Positions 26,004-36,337 of a stretch of DNA of 64,000 nucleotides are shown here, piece by piece (the first letter of the stretch is position 1; each line of letters begins with the position of its first letter). The translations under genes were made by a program, and so were the position numbers. The stretch lies in NCBI GenBank assembly GCA_041690395.1, contig JAWLHJ010000004.1, forward strand, positions 433,365 to 497,364, given 5' to 3'. The stretch is from Longimicrobiales bacterium (lineage in GTDB: Bacteria; Gemmatimonadota; Gemmatimonadetes; Longimicrobiales; Gaopeijiaceae). Under the pieces are notes generated by a model. That model was not told the origin of the DNA. It saw only the letters and a list, made by a program, of their open reading frames with translations, and made no database searches.

Positions 26004-29000
26004 TCGGGCTCCTCATCGGGCTGATGGTGCGAGCCCGGAAAGCGGTGCTCGGGCTCACGGGCGTCCTTCTGGCTGGCGGGATCTGGGCCTGGTCCACGAT
26101 TCCCTTCGAGCCGTTCCCCGACCTCACGGCGAACGCGGCCACCGTCATCGCCGACGCGCCCGGCATGGCGCCGCAGGAGGTGGAGCAGTTGGTCACCTTT
26201 CCCATCGAACGGGCGTTCCTCGGCCTTCCCCGGACCCTCAACGTTCGGTCCACGAGCAAGTTCGGCGTATCCATGACGCAGGTCGTGTTCGAGGACGGGG
26301 TCGATCCGTACTTCGCCCGTCAGCTCCTCACCGAGCGCCTGGGTAGCGTCCTCGCGGAGGTGCCGGACGGCGTATCCGTCACGCTGGGCCCGGTCTCCAC
26401 CGCGATGGGCGAGGTGTATCAGTACGTCGTCGTGTCCGACGACCCGGACTGGAGCGCCACGGAGCTCAAGACGCTGCAGGACTACACCATCGCTCCGCAG
26501 CTGCGCACGGTCCGGGGCGTTGCGGAAGTGAACTCCTGGGGCGGCCTCACCGAGCAGTATCACGTCACCGCCGAGCCGACACGTCTTGCGGCCGCGGGGC
26601 TCACCCTGTTCGACGTGGAGCGCGCCATCGCCGACAACAACCTCAACTTCGGCGGCACCTATACGGAGAGCCGTGGCGAACGTTACGTCATCCGGGGGAT
26701 GGGCCGCCTCGGCGGTCTCGATGCCATCGCCGACGTACAGGTCGCCACCCGCGACGGCGTGCCGCTCAGGGTCGCGGACGTCGCCGAGGTGGGATCGGGT
26801 CCGCTCCCGAGACAGGGAGCGGTGACCTACAACGGGACCGGCGAAGTGGTGAGCGGCATGGTCATCATGCGGAAGGGAGAGAACGCGCAGGACGTGATCG
26901 CGGCCGTGACCGAGCGGGTCGACGAGATCCAGACGACGCTCCCCGACGGCGTCCAGCTGGTCCCGTTCTACGACCAGGCGCACCTCGTCGACCAGACGAC
27001 CCATACCATCAAGAAGAACCTGCTCCTGGGCGGAATCCTGGTGGTCATCCTCCTGTGGGTATTCTTGCGCAACATAGCCGCGAGCGTCATCGTGGCCCTG
27101 GTGATCCCCTTGTCGATGCTGTGGGCCTTCATCGCCATGAAGATGTTCGGCTACTCAGCCAACCTGATGAGCTTGGGGGCGCTCGATTTCGGCCTTCTGG
27201 TCGACGCCTCGGTGGTGATGATCGAGAACGTCATGCGGCGCGCCGGCGAGAAAGGCGCCCCGGGTGAGCGCATTGTACGCGCGGCCTCCGAGGTCGGGCG
27301 ACCCATCGTTTTCGGGATCGTCATCATCATCGCCGTCTACGTGCCCGTCTTCGCCCTGCAGGGCACGGCCGGGAAGATGTTCATTCCCATGGCGTTCACG
27401 GTCATCGCGGCACTCATCGGGTCCCTGGTGCTCGCGATGACGCTGATTCCCGCGCTCGCCCGCATCTTCCTGAGCGATGCGCACGAGGTCGAGGTCGCCG
27501 GCTTCGAGCGCTTCAAGAACCGCTACCGGTCGCTCCTCGATCGCTTGATCGGTCGGCCGAGGGCCGTCCTCGGCGTATCCGCGGCGCTGGTGTTGGTCAT
27601 CATGGTAAGCGCTACCCGCCTCGGTACCGAGTTCATGCCTCGCCTCGACGAGGGGAGCGTGCTCGTCCAGGGCCTGCGCCTACCGTCCACCGCACTCGGC
27701 GAGGGGGTCGCGTTCTCGGGCGCCCTCGAGCGAGCCCTCATCGCTCTTCCCGAAGTGGAGACGGTGGTGTCCAAGCTGGGACGTCCGGACCTCGCCACCG
27801 AGGCCATGGGCACCTACGAGTCCGACACGTACGTGATGTTGAAGGATCGCAATGAATGGCGCCCCGGTGGGAAACCCGCGTTGCTCGCCGCCATGGACAG
27901 CGCGCTCTCCTCGGTGCCCGGGTTGGATTACGCGTTCACACAGCCCATTCAGATGCGTCTGGACGAGGCGGAGTCCGGGATCACGACGGACGTAGGTGTG
28001 AAGATCTTCGGCGAGGACCCGGAACGCCTGGCCGCGGCAGCGGCAAGGGCGGAAGCCGTGATCGCGGGTATCGAGGGTACCGCCGACGTGAAGGTGAGCG
28101 CGGCCGCCGAGGTGAAAGAACTCACCATCGCCCTGGATCGTTCGGCGATGAGCCGCTATGGCCTGAGCTCGAATGACATCGGGCATCAGGTCGAGCTGGC
28201 GCTCGGGTCGGCCGTGGCCACGCAGGTGGTCGACGGGCCGCGTCGGATCGATGTGGTCGTGCGTGTTCCCGACAGCAACCGCATCGATCCGGTGGCCTTC
28301 GGATCCCTGCCCGTGGCCGCGACCGGAACCGGCCTCGTGCCTCTGTCGGCGGTGGCCTCGGTCGGTGTCGCCCAGACACCCGAAGCCTTCGCTCACGAAG
28401 GTGGACGCCGGATGGTCGTCGTCGGCGCGAACATCCGAGGGCGCGACGTGGGCGGGTTCGTCGAGGAAGCGAGCGTCGCCCTCGAGGCTCGGGCCCCCCT
28501 CCCCGATGGCTATCGTTACGAGTGGGGGGGCCAGTACCGGAACCAGCAGATGGCCCTGCGGCGGCTCGCGATTCTCGTGCCCCTGGCCGTTGGCGCCATC
28601 TACCTGCTGTTGTACCTGGCCTTCGGGAGCTTCCTCCAGGGCGCCCTGATCATGACGAACATCCCCTTCGCGCTGGCCGGAGGCATCGCGATCCTGTGGG
28701 TACGGGGGCTGAACCTGAGCACCTCGGCGATCATCGGCTTCATCGCCGTATTCGGCATCGCCGTGTTGAACGGCGTCGTGATGGTCAGCTACATGAACGA
28801 GCTCCGGGAGAAGGGCCGGTCCCTCCGCGAAGCCGTGACCGAAGGCGCGGTGACGCGGCTCCGTCCGGTCCTCATGACGGCTGCCGCCGCAACCCTGGGC
28901 TTCATCCCCATGGCCGTCTCCCAGTCCCCGGGCGCCGAGCTGCAGCGCCCGCTGGCCACGGTCGTGATCGGTGGGCTGATCACCGCCACGGTCCTCACGC

Positions 29001-29071
29001 TCCTGGTGCTACCCACGGCCTACCACGCCGTGGAGCGTTGGGCCGAACGGCGGAGGTCGGAGCATGTTTGA
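26000..29071 (+). CDS. czcA: CusA/CzcA family heavy-metal efflux RND permease
   Basis: FPDLT, ANLMSLGALDFGLLVD, GTEFMPRLDEG, RLRPVLMTA, GAELQRPLATVVIGG; start is the ATG overlapping the adaptor stop. Confidence 0.93.
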   Translation: MIGLLIGLMVRARKAVLGLTGVLLAGGIWAWSTIPFEPFPDLTANAATVIADAPGMAPQEVEQLVTFPIERAFLGLPRTLNVRSTSKFGVSMTQVVFEDGVDPYFARQLLTERLGSVLAEVPDGVSVTLGPVSTAMGEVYQYVVVSDDPDWSATELKTLQDYTIAPQLRTVRGVAEVNSWGGLTEQYHVTAEPTRLAAAGLTLFDVERAIADNNLNFGGTYTESRGERYVIRGMGRLGGLDAIADVQVATRDGVPLRVADVAEVGSGPLPRQGAVTYNGTGEVVSGMVIMRKGENAQDVIAAVTERVDEIQTTLPDGVQLVPFYDQAHLVDQTTHTIKKNLLLGGILVVILLWVFLRNIAASVIVALVIPLSMLWAFIAMKMFGYSANLMSLGALDFGLLVDASVVMIENVMRRAGEKGAPGERIVRAASEVGRPIVFGIVIIIAVYVPVFALQGTAGKMFIPMAFTVIAALIGSLVLAMTLIPALARIFLSDAHEVEVAGFERFKNRYRSLLDRLIGRPRAVLGVSAALVLVIMVSATRLGTEFMPRLDEGSVLVQGLRLPSTALGEGVAFSGALERALIALPEVETVVSKLGRPDLATEAMGTYESDTYVMLKDRNEWRPGGKPALLAAMDSALSSVPGLDYAFTQPIQMRLDEAESGITTDVGVKIFGEDPERLAAAAARAEAVIAGIEGTADVKVSAAAEVKELTIALDRSAMSRYGLSSNDIGHQVELALGSAVATQVVDGPRRIDVVVRVPDSNRIDPVAFGSLPVAATGTGLVPLSAVASVGVAQTPEAFAHEGGRRMVVVGANIRGRDVGGFVEEASVALEARAPLPDGYRYEWGGQYRNQQMALRRLAILVPLAVGAIYLLLYLAFGSFLQGALIMTNIPFALAGGIAILWVRGLNLSTSAIIGFIAVFGIAVLNGVVMVSYMNELREKGRSLREAVTEGAVTRLRPVLMTAAAATLGFIPMAVSQSPGAELQRPLATVVIGGLITATVLTLLVLPTAYHAVERWAERRRSEHV

Positions 29072-29188
29072 TACCGGGGCACATGCTGCGCAGCGAGCCG
29101 GACCGTTTCGATGTACGGCCGGCAGGCCTACATTCGGCTCGATCGAGCCGGACGGTTCCGGCCTGGATTCCCGTCGTACCGAGAGGCC

Positions 29189-30877
29189 ATGTCGGACTCC
29201 ACCGAGGCACAGCTCCACGCACGCTGGAAGGATGAGCCGGCCCCCCTGCTCCCCCTGCTCCACGCGCTCCACGACCGTGACGGCTACCTGTCGGAGGACG
29301 CGCTTCGCGGAGTCGCCAGGGCCCTCCGGATCCCGATCGCAGACCTCTTCGGGACCGTCACCTTCTACCATCACTTCGCGCGTGAGCCCGGTGGCCTGCA
29401 CGCCCCACGCGTCTGCACGGGGCCGGTCTGCCGCATGCGGGGCGCCGACAGCCTCGTCGAGGCGCTGGACGGGGCCACGCCGATGCCGTGCTCGGGACGA
29501 TGCGACCAACCGATCCCGGTGCTCCGCGGACACGACACGCTCGTGGGCGACTCGGCGGACGGGCTCGAGCTCAGGCCTTCCCCGCTCCCGCCCCCCGCCG
29601 CGCCCGGTGTCGAGGAGTGTGTCTTCGCGGGCATCCGGGCGTCGGGACGGGCCGGACTCGAAGGGTACCGGCGCACCGGCGGCTACGAGGCCCTCGAGGC
29701 CGCGCTGGGCGACACGCGCGCAGGGCTGATCGAGACGCTCGAGGCGTCGGGTCTGGCGGGACGGGGCGGCGCGGGCTTCCCGACCGGGCGGAAGTGGCGG
29801 GCCGTGGCCGAGGCGCCCGGCGACCCGAAGACCATCGTGTGCAACGCGGACGAGGGCGAGCCGGGGTGCTTCAAGGACCGGTGCCTGCTCGACCACGACC
29901 CGCACGCGATCCTCGAGGGGATGATCCTGGCGGCATGGGCCACGGGCGCGACCCGCGGCTTCATCTATCTCCGCTACGAGTACCCGGAGACGGAAGCGGT
30001 CCTGGAGCGCGCGATCGCCGAGGCGCGCGAGGCTGGGCTGATCGGCCGGGACATCCTCGGAAGCGGGCTCGACTTCGAGCTGTACGTGCGGCGCGGAGCG
30101 GGCGCCTACATCTGCGGCGAGGAAGGGTCGCTGCTGAACAGCCTCGAGGGGAAGCATCCGTTCCCGCGGAACCGCCCCCCGTTCCCCGTCACCCACGGCT
30201 TCGAGAACCTCCCCACGGTGGTGAACAACGTCGAGACGCTCGCGTCGGTCCCGCCCATCGTGCGGCACGGAGCCGACTGGTACCGGGGGCTCGGGCGCGG
30301 CGACCACGCCGGCACCAAGGTGATCAGCCTGTCGGGAGACATCGCCCGTCCCGGCAACTACGAGATACCGATCGGCTTTCCGCTGGCCGCGCTCCTGCAC
30401 GACGTGGCGGGCGGGCCCGGTGCGGGCCGGACCGTGCAGGCCGTCACGATGGCCGGGCTGTCCGGCGGCTTCCTGGGTGGCGACGACCTGGACGTGACGC
30501 TGGACGAGCCGAGCATCCGGTCGAAGGGCTCGTTCCTCGGCGCCGGCGGTATCATGGTCTTCGACGACACGCGCGACATGGTCGACGTCGCGCATCAGGC
30601 GATGACCTTCTTCGCCCACGAGTCGTGCGGGAAATGCTTCCCGTGCCGGATCGGCACCCAGAGGCTCATGGAGCGCCTCGGCGGCGACGCGGGTCCCGGC
30701 GAGCTCGGGGCGTGGACGGACGAGGTTCAGGACCTGGGGGCCACCATGATGGAGACGAGCGCGTGCGGGCTCGGCACCGCCGCGCCCCTCATCACGAAGA
30801 GCCTCCTCAAGTATTTTCCGGAGCGGGTAGCGGAGCACGTGGCCCGACCGCACCAGAAGCAGGAGGGCAGGACATGA
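29189..30877 (+). CDS. NuoE-NuoF fusion (NAD(H)/FMN module; FdsG/FdsB-like subunit of NAD-dependent formate dehydrogenase)
   Basis: CTGPVC...CSGRC (2Fe-2S), GRGGAGFPTG, CNADEGEPG, GAGAYICGEE, ESCGKCFPCRIG...CGLG. Confidence 0.9.
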   Translation: MSDSTEAQLHARWKDEPAPLLPLLHALHDRDGYLSEDALRGVARALRIPIADLFGTVTFYHHFAREPGGLHAPRVCTGPVCRMRGADSLVEALDGATPMPCSGRCDQPIPVLRGHDTLVGDSADGLELRPSPLPPPAAPGVEECVFAGIRASGRAGLEGYRRTGGYEALEAALGDTRAGLIETLEASGLAGRGGAGFPTGRKWRAVAEAPGDPKTIVCNADEGEPGCFKDRCLLDHDPHAILEGMILAAWATGATRGFIYLRYEYPETEAVLERAIAEAREAGLIGRDILGSGLDFELYVRRGAGAYICGEEGSLLNSLEGKHPFPRNRPPFPVTHGFENLPTVVNNVETLASVPPIVRHGADWYRGLGRGDHAGTKVISLSGDIARPGNYEIPIGFPLAALLHDVAGGPGAGRTVQAVTMAGLSGGFLGGDDLDVTLDEPSIRSKGSFLGAGGIMVFDDTRDMVDVAHQAMTFFAHESCGKCFPCRIGTQRLMERLGGDAGPGELGAWTDEVQDLGATMMETSACGLGTAAPLITKSLLKYFPERVAEHVARPHQKQEGRT

Positions 30878-33615
30878 GCGGCAGCAACGGACGGAACGGC
30901 GGCCCGCCCGCCCCGGAGTCCCCGACCCTCTCCCTGGACGGAGAAGAGGTCGCCTTCACGCCTGGAGAGACCCTCTTCGAGGTCTCGGAGCGACACCGGC
31001 GGGACATCCCGACGCTCTGCTACGACGACCGCCTGGAGCCGTTCGGGGGATGCCGCCTGTGCGTGGTCGAACTCGAGGGCGCCCGCAACCCGGTCGCTTC
31101 CTGCACGACGAAGGCCGAGCCCGGCATGAAGGTGAAGACCCGGGGCGGCCGGCTCGACATGCACCGCCGGGTCCTCATGGAGATGGTCGCCTCCGAGAAC
31201 CGCGACATCGACGTGGATCCCCTGTCCGGATACGCCTCGCAGGAGATGGTCCGGCTCGTCGACCGGTACGAAGCCCGCACGGGCCGCTTCGAGGGCCGGA
31301 AGTCCGGCAAGAGCAAGACCGACGACGCCAACCCGTTCCTCCTTCGGGACTACGAGAACTGCATCTCGTGCTACCGCTGCGTGCGCGTGTGCGCCGAGCA
31401 GGAGGGCGACTACGCGATCAGCGTCATGAACCGGGGATTCGACACGCAGATCACGACGGAGTTCGACGGCGACCTCCGGGAGTCCGCGTGCACCTTCTGC
31501 GGGCAGTGCATCCAGGTGTGCCCCACCGGAGCCCTGGGCGACCTGAAAGCCCTCCGCTACAAGCACGAGCCCGGCGAGACCGAGACCACGCGCACCATCT
31601 GCACGTACTGCGGCGTGGGCTGCTCCGTGGACGTCATGACCCGCGGCGAGAAGATCGTCGGCGTGCTCCCCGCGATGGACGGACCCGCCAACGAGGGGGC
31701 GCTCTGCATCAAGGGGCAGTTCTCCTACGACTTCGTCCAGCACCCCGACCGGCTCAAGACACCGCTGGTGCGGGGGGACGACGGCGAGCTCCACCCGGCG
31801 TCCTGGGACGAGGCACTCGACCGGGCGGCGGAGGGCTTCGGCGAGGCCATCCGGAAGCACGGGCGCCACAGCTTCTACGCGATCGCCTCCGGGCGCGCGC
31901 CCAACGAGGCCGCCTACGTCATGCAGAAGTTCGTGCGGGCCGGGCTCGGGACGAGCTACATCGATAACTGTAGCCGTGCCTGACACGCCCCCACAGTCGC
32001 CGGTCTGGCGGCAAGCATCGGAAGAGGCGCCATGTCGAACCCGCTGGCGGACATGGAGCGTCCCGATGTGATCTTCTGCATCGGGACCAATATGACCGAG
32101 GCGCACCCCGTGGCAGCCACCCGTCTCAAGAAGGCGATCGCCCGCGGGGCGAAGATGATCGTTGCGGACCCGCGCCGGATCGACCTCGCCGAGCGCGCGC
32201 ACCTGTACCTGCCCATCCGGGTGGGGTCCGACACCGCGCTCCTGCTCGCGATGGCGCACGTCATCGCCCGCGAAGGGCTGGTGGACGAGGCGTTCCTGCG
32301 CGACCGCACGGTCGAGGGGGAGGCGTTCCTCGAACACGTGAAGGAGTTCACGCCCGAGTGGGCGTCGGAGATCTGTGAGGTGCCGGCCGAGGACATCGAG
32401 CAGGCGGCGCTCTGGTACGCGCGGGCCGAGCGTGGCGCGATCTACTACACGCTCGGGATCACGGAGCACGTCTGCGGCGTCGAGAACGTCCAGAGCCTCT
32501 GCAACCTGGCGTTGATGACCGGCCACATAGGACGCGAGGGAACCGGCATCAACCCGATGCGCGGGCAGAACAACATCCAGGGCGCCGGCGACATGGGCGC
32601 CATCCCGAACAACTACCCCGGCTTCCAGCCCGTCTCGGACCCGGCGAACCAGGCGAAGTTCGAGAAGGCGTGGGGGACGAAGGTCGATCTCGAGGTCGGG
32701 ATCACGAAGATCACGATGCTCGACCAGGCCGGCGACCAGATCCGCGCGGTCCTCATCGACGGCGAGAACACCGTGGTCTCGGACGCCGACCGCAGGCACG
32801 CGGAGAAGGCGCTCCGGAAGCTCGACTTCCTCGTGGTGTGCGACCTCTTCCTCACGGACACCGCCGAACTCGCCGACGTCGTCTTCCCGGCGGCCGGCTG
32901 GGCCGAGGTCGACGGAACCCAGACGAACACCGAGCGCCGCGTGCAGCGCCTGCGGGCGGCCGTTCCGCCCCAGGGCGAGGCGAAGCCCGACTGGTGGATC
33001 GTGAGCCGGCTCGCCCGGCGCATGGGCTTCCAGGGCTTCGACTACGAGAGCGCGAAGGAGGTCTTCAACGAGATGTGCGCGCTGTCGGCCACGTACCGGG
33101 GGCTCGACTGGGACCGTGTCGAGGAGGGGCGCTATCAGTGGCCCGTCCCCGAGGAGGGACATCCCGGCACGCCTCGTCTGCACGAAGGCGTGTTCGAGAA
33201 CGGCCGCGGCATCTTCAAGCTGACGAGCTACCGCGATCCCTCGGAGGTCATCGACGACGACTATCCGGTCTGGCTCACGACCGGCCGCCGGCTGCAGTCG
33301 TACCACACGCACACGCAGACGGGGCGGACCGCGGGCATCGAGTATCTGCTCCCGGGCGAGTCTCTCGAGATCCATCCGGACGACGTGGAGAAGCTCGGGC
33401 TGACCGACGGCGGGCTCGCTCGCGTCACGAGCAGACGGGGAAGCGTCGACGTTCCCGTCCAGGCGAACCCCCGGTCACCGAAGGGGACGGTCTTCCTCTC
33501 GTTCTCGTTCGCGGACATTCCGGTGAACGTGCTCACCGGCGGCGGCTACGATCCGATCACGCAGACGCCCGAGGTGAAGGTGTGCCCCGTGCGCGTGGAA
33601 GCGGTCAGAGGATGA
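30874..33615 (+). CDS. fdhF: Selenocysteine-containing formate dehydrogenase alpha subunit (FdhF/FdsA-like); Sec at TGA 31981-31983
   Basis: One continuous frame across the TGA: IDNCSRA-U-HAPTVAGL matches the FdhF active-site motif. N-terminal Fe-S motifs, CTYCGVGC, RGQNNIQG, LTTGRRLQSYHT. Confidence 0.93.
31981..32012 (+). promoter_or_regulatory. Bacterial SECIS element
   Basis: TGA, 12 nt, then hairpin GTCGCC-GGTCT-GGCGGC with an apical GGU like the E. coli fdhF SECIS. Confidence 0.8.
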
Positions 33616-33835
33616 TCGCGAGCGGCAGCAGGACGACGTAGGCGAGCACCAGCAGCAGCGGCGCGGCCGTGATCGAGCCCTGGGCGAGCAGCCAATAGCC
33701 GAGGGTGAGCGTCAGGAGCCCGGCGGCTCCGAGCATCGCGTTCACGCGCGTGAAGCGGAGCGCGGCCGGTTGGCTTCGCGCTGCTTCGGCGGCTCTGCGC
33801 CGCGAGGGCTTTTTCGTTCGGTTCTCTTTGGGCAT
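33605..33835 (-). CDS. Small two-TM membrane protein (DUF3098-like)
   Basis: LRFTRVNAMLG...LGYWLL...ITAAPLLLVLAYVVLLPLAIIL. Confidence 0.7.
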   Translation of the reverse strand: MPKENRTKKPSRRRAAEAARSQPAALRFTRVNAMLGAAGLLTLTLGYWLLAQGSITAAPLLLVLAYVVLLPLAIIL

Positions 33836-33846
33836 GGCGGCTGATT

Positions 33847-35214
33847 CTAGACTCGGGCTTCCGCTGGGTCAATCGGATCGGCCAGATGGCTCCTCAGCTC
33901 GTCGACTTCGATGCCGAGCGCCTCGGCCGCCTTCTCTTCGTCTCCGTCGCAGCTCTCGAGCACGACCGTGACGTGCCTCCGGATGGCAGCCGCGAGCGAC
34001 TGGTCACCGCCGCCTTCGGCCGAGCCGTCCTCGTCGCCGAGAATGAGGTGGTCGGCTCCGATGACGGTTCCCCGCGCCATGATCGCGGCGCGCATGAGCG
34101 CGTTCTCGAGCTCCCGCACGTTCCCCGGCCAATCGTGCGCGCGGAGCTTGAGCACGGCACCGTCGGAGATCCGTCGGACGTTGCGGTGCGTCTCCTCCCG
34201 AATACGGCCGAGCATGGCGTTCGCGATCAGCTCGATGTCGTCGGGACGGGCGCGGAGCGGCGGCACTTCGATCTCGACGACCTTCAGGCGGAAGTAAAGG
34301 TCCTCGCGGAACGTCCCCTCCTCGATGAGCTTCTCCACCGGCTGGTGCGTGGCCGCGATGACGCGCGCCTCGGTGCGTCGCACCTCCTCTCCACCCACCG
34401 GATAGAAGCGCCGCTCCTGGAGCACCCGCAGGAGCTTGGTCTGGAACTCCGGGCTCGTGTCTCCGATCTCGTCGAGGAAGATCGTGCCCTTCTTCGCGAG
34501 CTCGAAGTATCCCTTGCGGGCCCCGGACGCCCCCGTGAACGCGCCCTTCACGTGCCCGAAGAGCTCCGACTCCAGGAGCGTGTCGGTCAGCGCGGTGCAG
34601 TTGACCGCGATGAACGGCTCGTCGGCGTACTCGGAGTGCTGATGAATCGCGCGCGCGATGACCTCTTTGCCGGTTCCCGTCTCGCCCCGGACCAGCACCG
34701 TGGCCCGGTTGCGCGAGAGCACGCCGATCGTCTTGTAGATCTCGATCATGCGCGGGTTGCGCCCGACGAGCTTGCCGCGTGGCAACGCGCCGTCGTCCTC
34801 GGCCGTGTCGTCGTCCGCGACGTCGACGTTCAGCGCCCGCTCACGGAAGCACCGCTCGGCCAGTCCCTGCACCGCCTTCGGGTCGACCGGCTTCACCAGA
34901 AAGTCGAACGCGCCGGCCTTCATGGCGGTGACGGCGGTCTCCATGTCGTCGTGCGCGGTCATGACCACGACCTCGACACGCTCCATGGACGAGCGGATCC
35001 GCTCGAGGAGCTCGAGGCCGGTCATCCCCGACATACGGACATCGGTCACCACCAGACCGGGGTCGAACGAGCTGACCCTGGCCAGGGCCTTTTCGGCGCT
35101 CTCGGCCGTCTCGACCTCGTAACCGGCATGGGCGAGGCGGGTCCGGAGCACTTCGAGGCCGTCGACGTCGTCGTCGACGACGAGAATTCGCTGGGATACG
35201 GAGGGTTCGGTCAT
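33847..35214 (-). CDS. Sigma54-dependent response regulator (NtrC family)
   Basis: REC (VVDDD, D, KP), GETGTGKE, ESELFGHVKGAFTGA, FLDEIG, WPGNVRELEN, Fis-like C-terminus. Confidence 0.95.
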   Translation of the reverse strand: MTEPSVSQRILVVDDDVDGLEVLRTRLAHAGYEVETAESAEKALARVSSFDPGLVVTDVRMSGMTGLELLERIRSSMERVEVVVMTAHDDMETAVTAMKAGAFDFLVKPVDPKAVQGLAERCFRERALNVDVADDDTAEDDGALPRGKLVGRNPRMIEIYKTIGVLSRNRATVLVRGETGTGKEVIARAIHQHSEYADEPFIAVNCTALTDTLLESELFGHVKGAFTGASGARKGYFELAKKGTIFLDEIGDTSPEFQTKLLRVLQERRFYPVGGEEVRRTEARVIAATHQPVEKLIEEGTFREDLYFRLKVVEIEVPPLRARPDDIELIANAMLGRIREETHRNVRRISDGAVLKLRAHDWPGNVRELENALMRAAIMARGTVIGADHLILGDEDGSAEGGGDQSLAAAIRRHVTVVLESCDGDEEKAAEALGIEVDELRSHLADPIDPAEARV

Positions 35215-35224
35215 GGCGAGAATG

Positions 35225-36337
35225 TTAACCCCCCACGCCGGAGTCAGGGTCCACGTCGGCCGGACCGCGTGGGTCGCGTGGGCCACCAGGGTCGTCAGGG
35301 GTACCCGGTGGCCCCTGCTCACGCCGGACGTCGATGGGCTCGAGGTTCCAGTAGGCGGGGAGGTCCGGAACCTCCTCGGCCCTGAGGCGCGCCAGCTGCT
35401 CGTCGTTCCGCACCTTCCGCACCCGGACCATGTAGATCAGCACCACCCCGAGGAGGAGCCAGAACACCGACGAGCGTGCGACGACGAAGAGCCAACCGTA
35501 CCGGGATTTCACGTGCGCCCGCCAATCCTCCTCCAGCTGGCCGCTCGTGACGCCGTACGTCTGCCGCAGGGCCACCTCGAACGATCGTTCCTCGCGCCAC
35601 CGCTCCAGGAAGATCGCCAGGCCGCGCTCGCCGCTCCCTTCCAGTAGATAGGTCACGGCGCTCGCCGACAGGAGGTACGCGGTGCGCGCCTGGTCCCGGC
35701 GGCCGGGCCATCCGAGGGTGATCGAGTCGAGGGCCGGCGTGCCTCCGAACGCCAGCCCGACCCTGAGCTGCCACACCTCCATCGCGTCGAACCCACCGGC
35801 CGCCCACTCGGCGTACCCTTCGTTGAACCAGCGGGGGATGCGGAGCCCGCCCAGGAACTGGTGCAGCCCGAGGTGGGCCCACTCGTGACGAAGCGTACGG
35901 AGCCCTTCCCCGGAGAGTACCCCGGTGCCTTCACCCGACGGGATCACGAGCAGGTGGCGGGAAGGAACGGCCACCCCTGCACGCCACTCCGGAACGGCGC
36001 CGCCGATCGCCTGGTCCAACGCGGCCGGCGAGTGCGCCAGCACCGCGTGCACACCTGACGGGATCGAGTCGGGGAGGGCCGGGAGCGGTGCCTGGGCGTC
36101 GAGAAGGTCGCGCATGCGCTCGGCCAGCGCGGCCTGGGCGGGAACGTGGTAGACGGTCGCGCGACGGCCGGGAAGCGCGACGTAGGGCAAGCCGTCGAGC
36201 GTGTCCGGCACCGGAGCAGCCTCGACCTGGAACGCTGCCAGCTCGCCCACGCCGCCCGGAACGAAGGCCAGCAGGATGGCGAGCGCGAGCCCGAGGACCA
36301 CACGGGCACGAGCGCTCGAGACCCCGGACTCCTTCAC
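35225..36337 (-). CDS. Peptidase MA-like membrane-anchored protein
   Basis: Signal peptide, TLRHEWAH..., PRWFNEGYA (HExxH+E), C-terminal TM helix. Confidence 0.82.
   Translation of the reverse strand: MKESGVSSARARVVLGLALAILLAFVPGGVGELAAFQVEAAPVPDTLDGLPYVALPGRRATVYHVPAQAALAERMRDLLDAQAPLPALPDSIPSGVHAVLAHSPAALDQAIGGAVPEWRAGVAVPSRHLLVIPSGEGTGVLSGEGLRTLRHEWAHLGLHQFLGGLRIPRWFNEGYAEWAAGGFDAMEVWQLRVGLAFGGTPALDSITLGWPGRRDQARTAYLLSASAVTYLLEGSGERGLAIFLERWREERSFEVALRQTYGVTSGQLEEDWRAHVKSRYGWLFVVARSSVFWLLLGVVLIYMVRVRKVRNDEQLARLRAEEVPDLPAYWNLEPIDVRREQGPPGTPDDPGGPRDPRGPADVDPDSGVGG

Noticed and set aside
31981..31983. fdh as a nonsense pseudogene or as two genes
   Set aside because: The TGA is at the catalytic Cys/Sec position and is followed by a SECIS-like hairpin.
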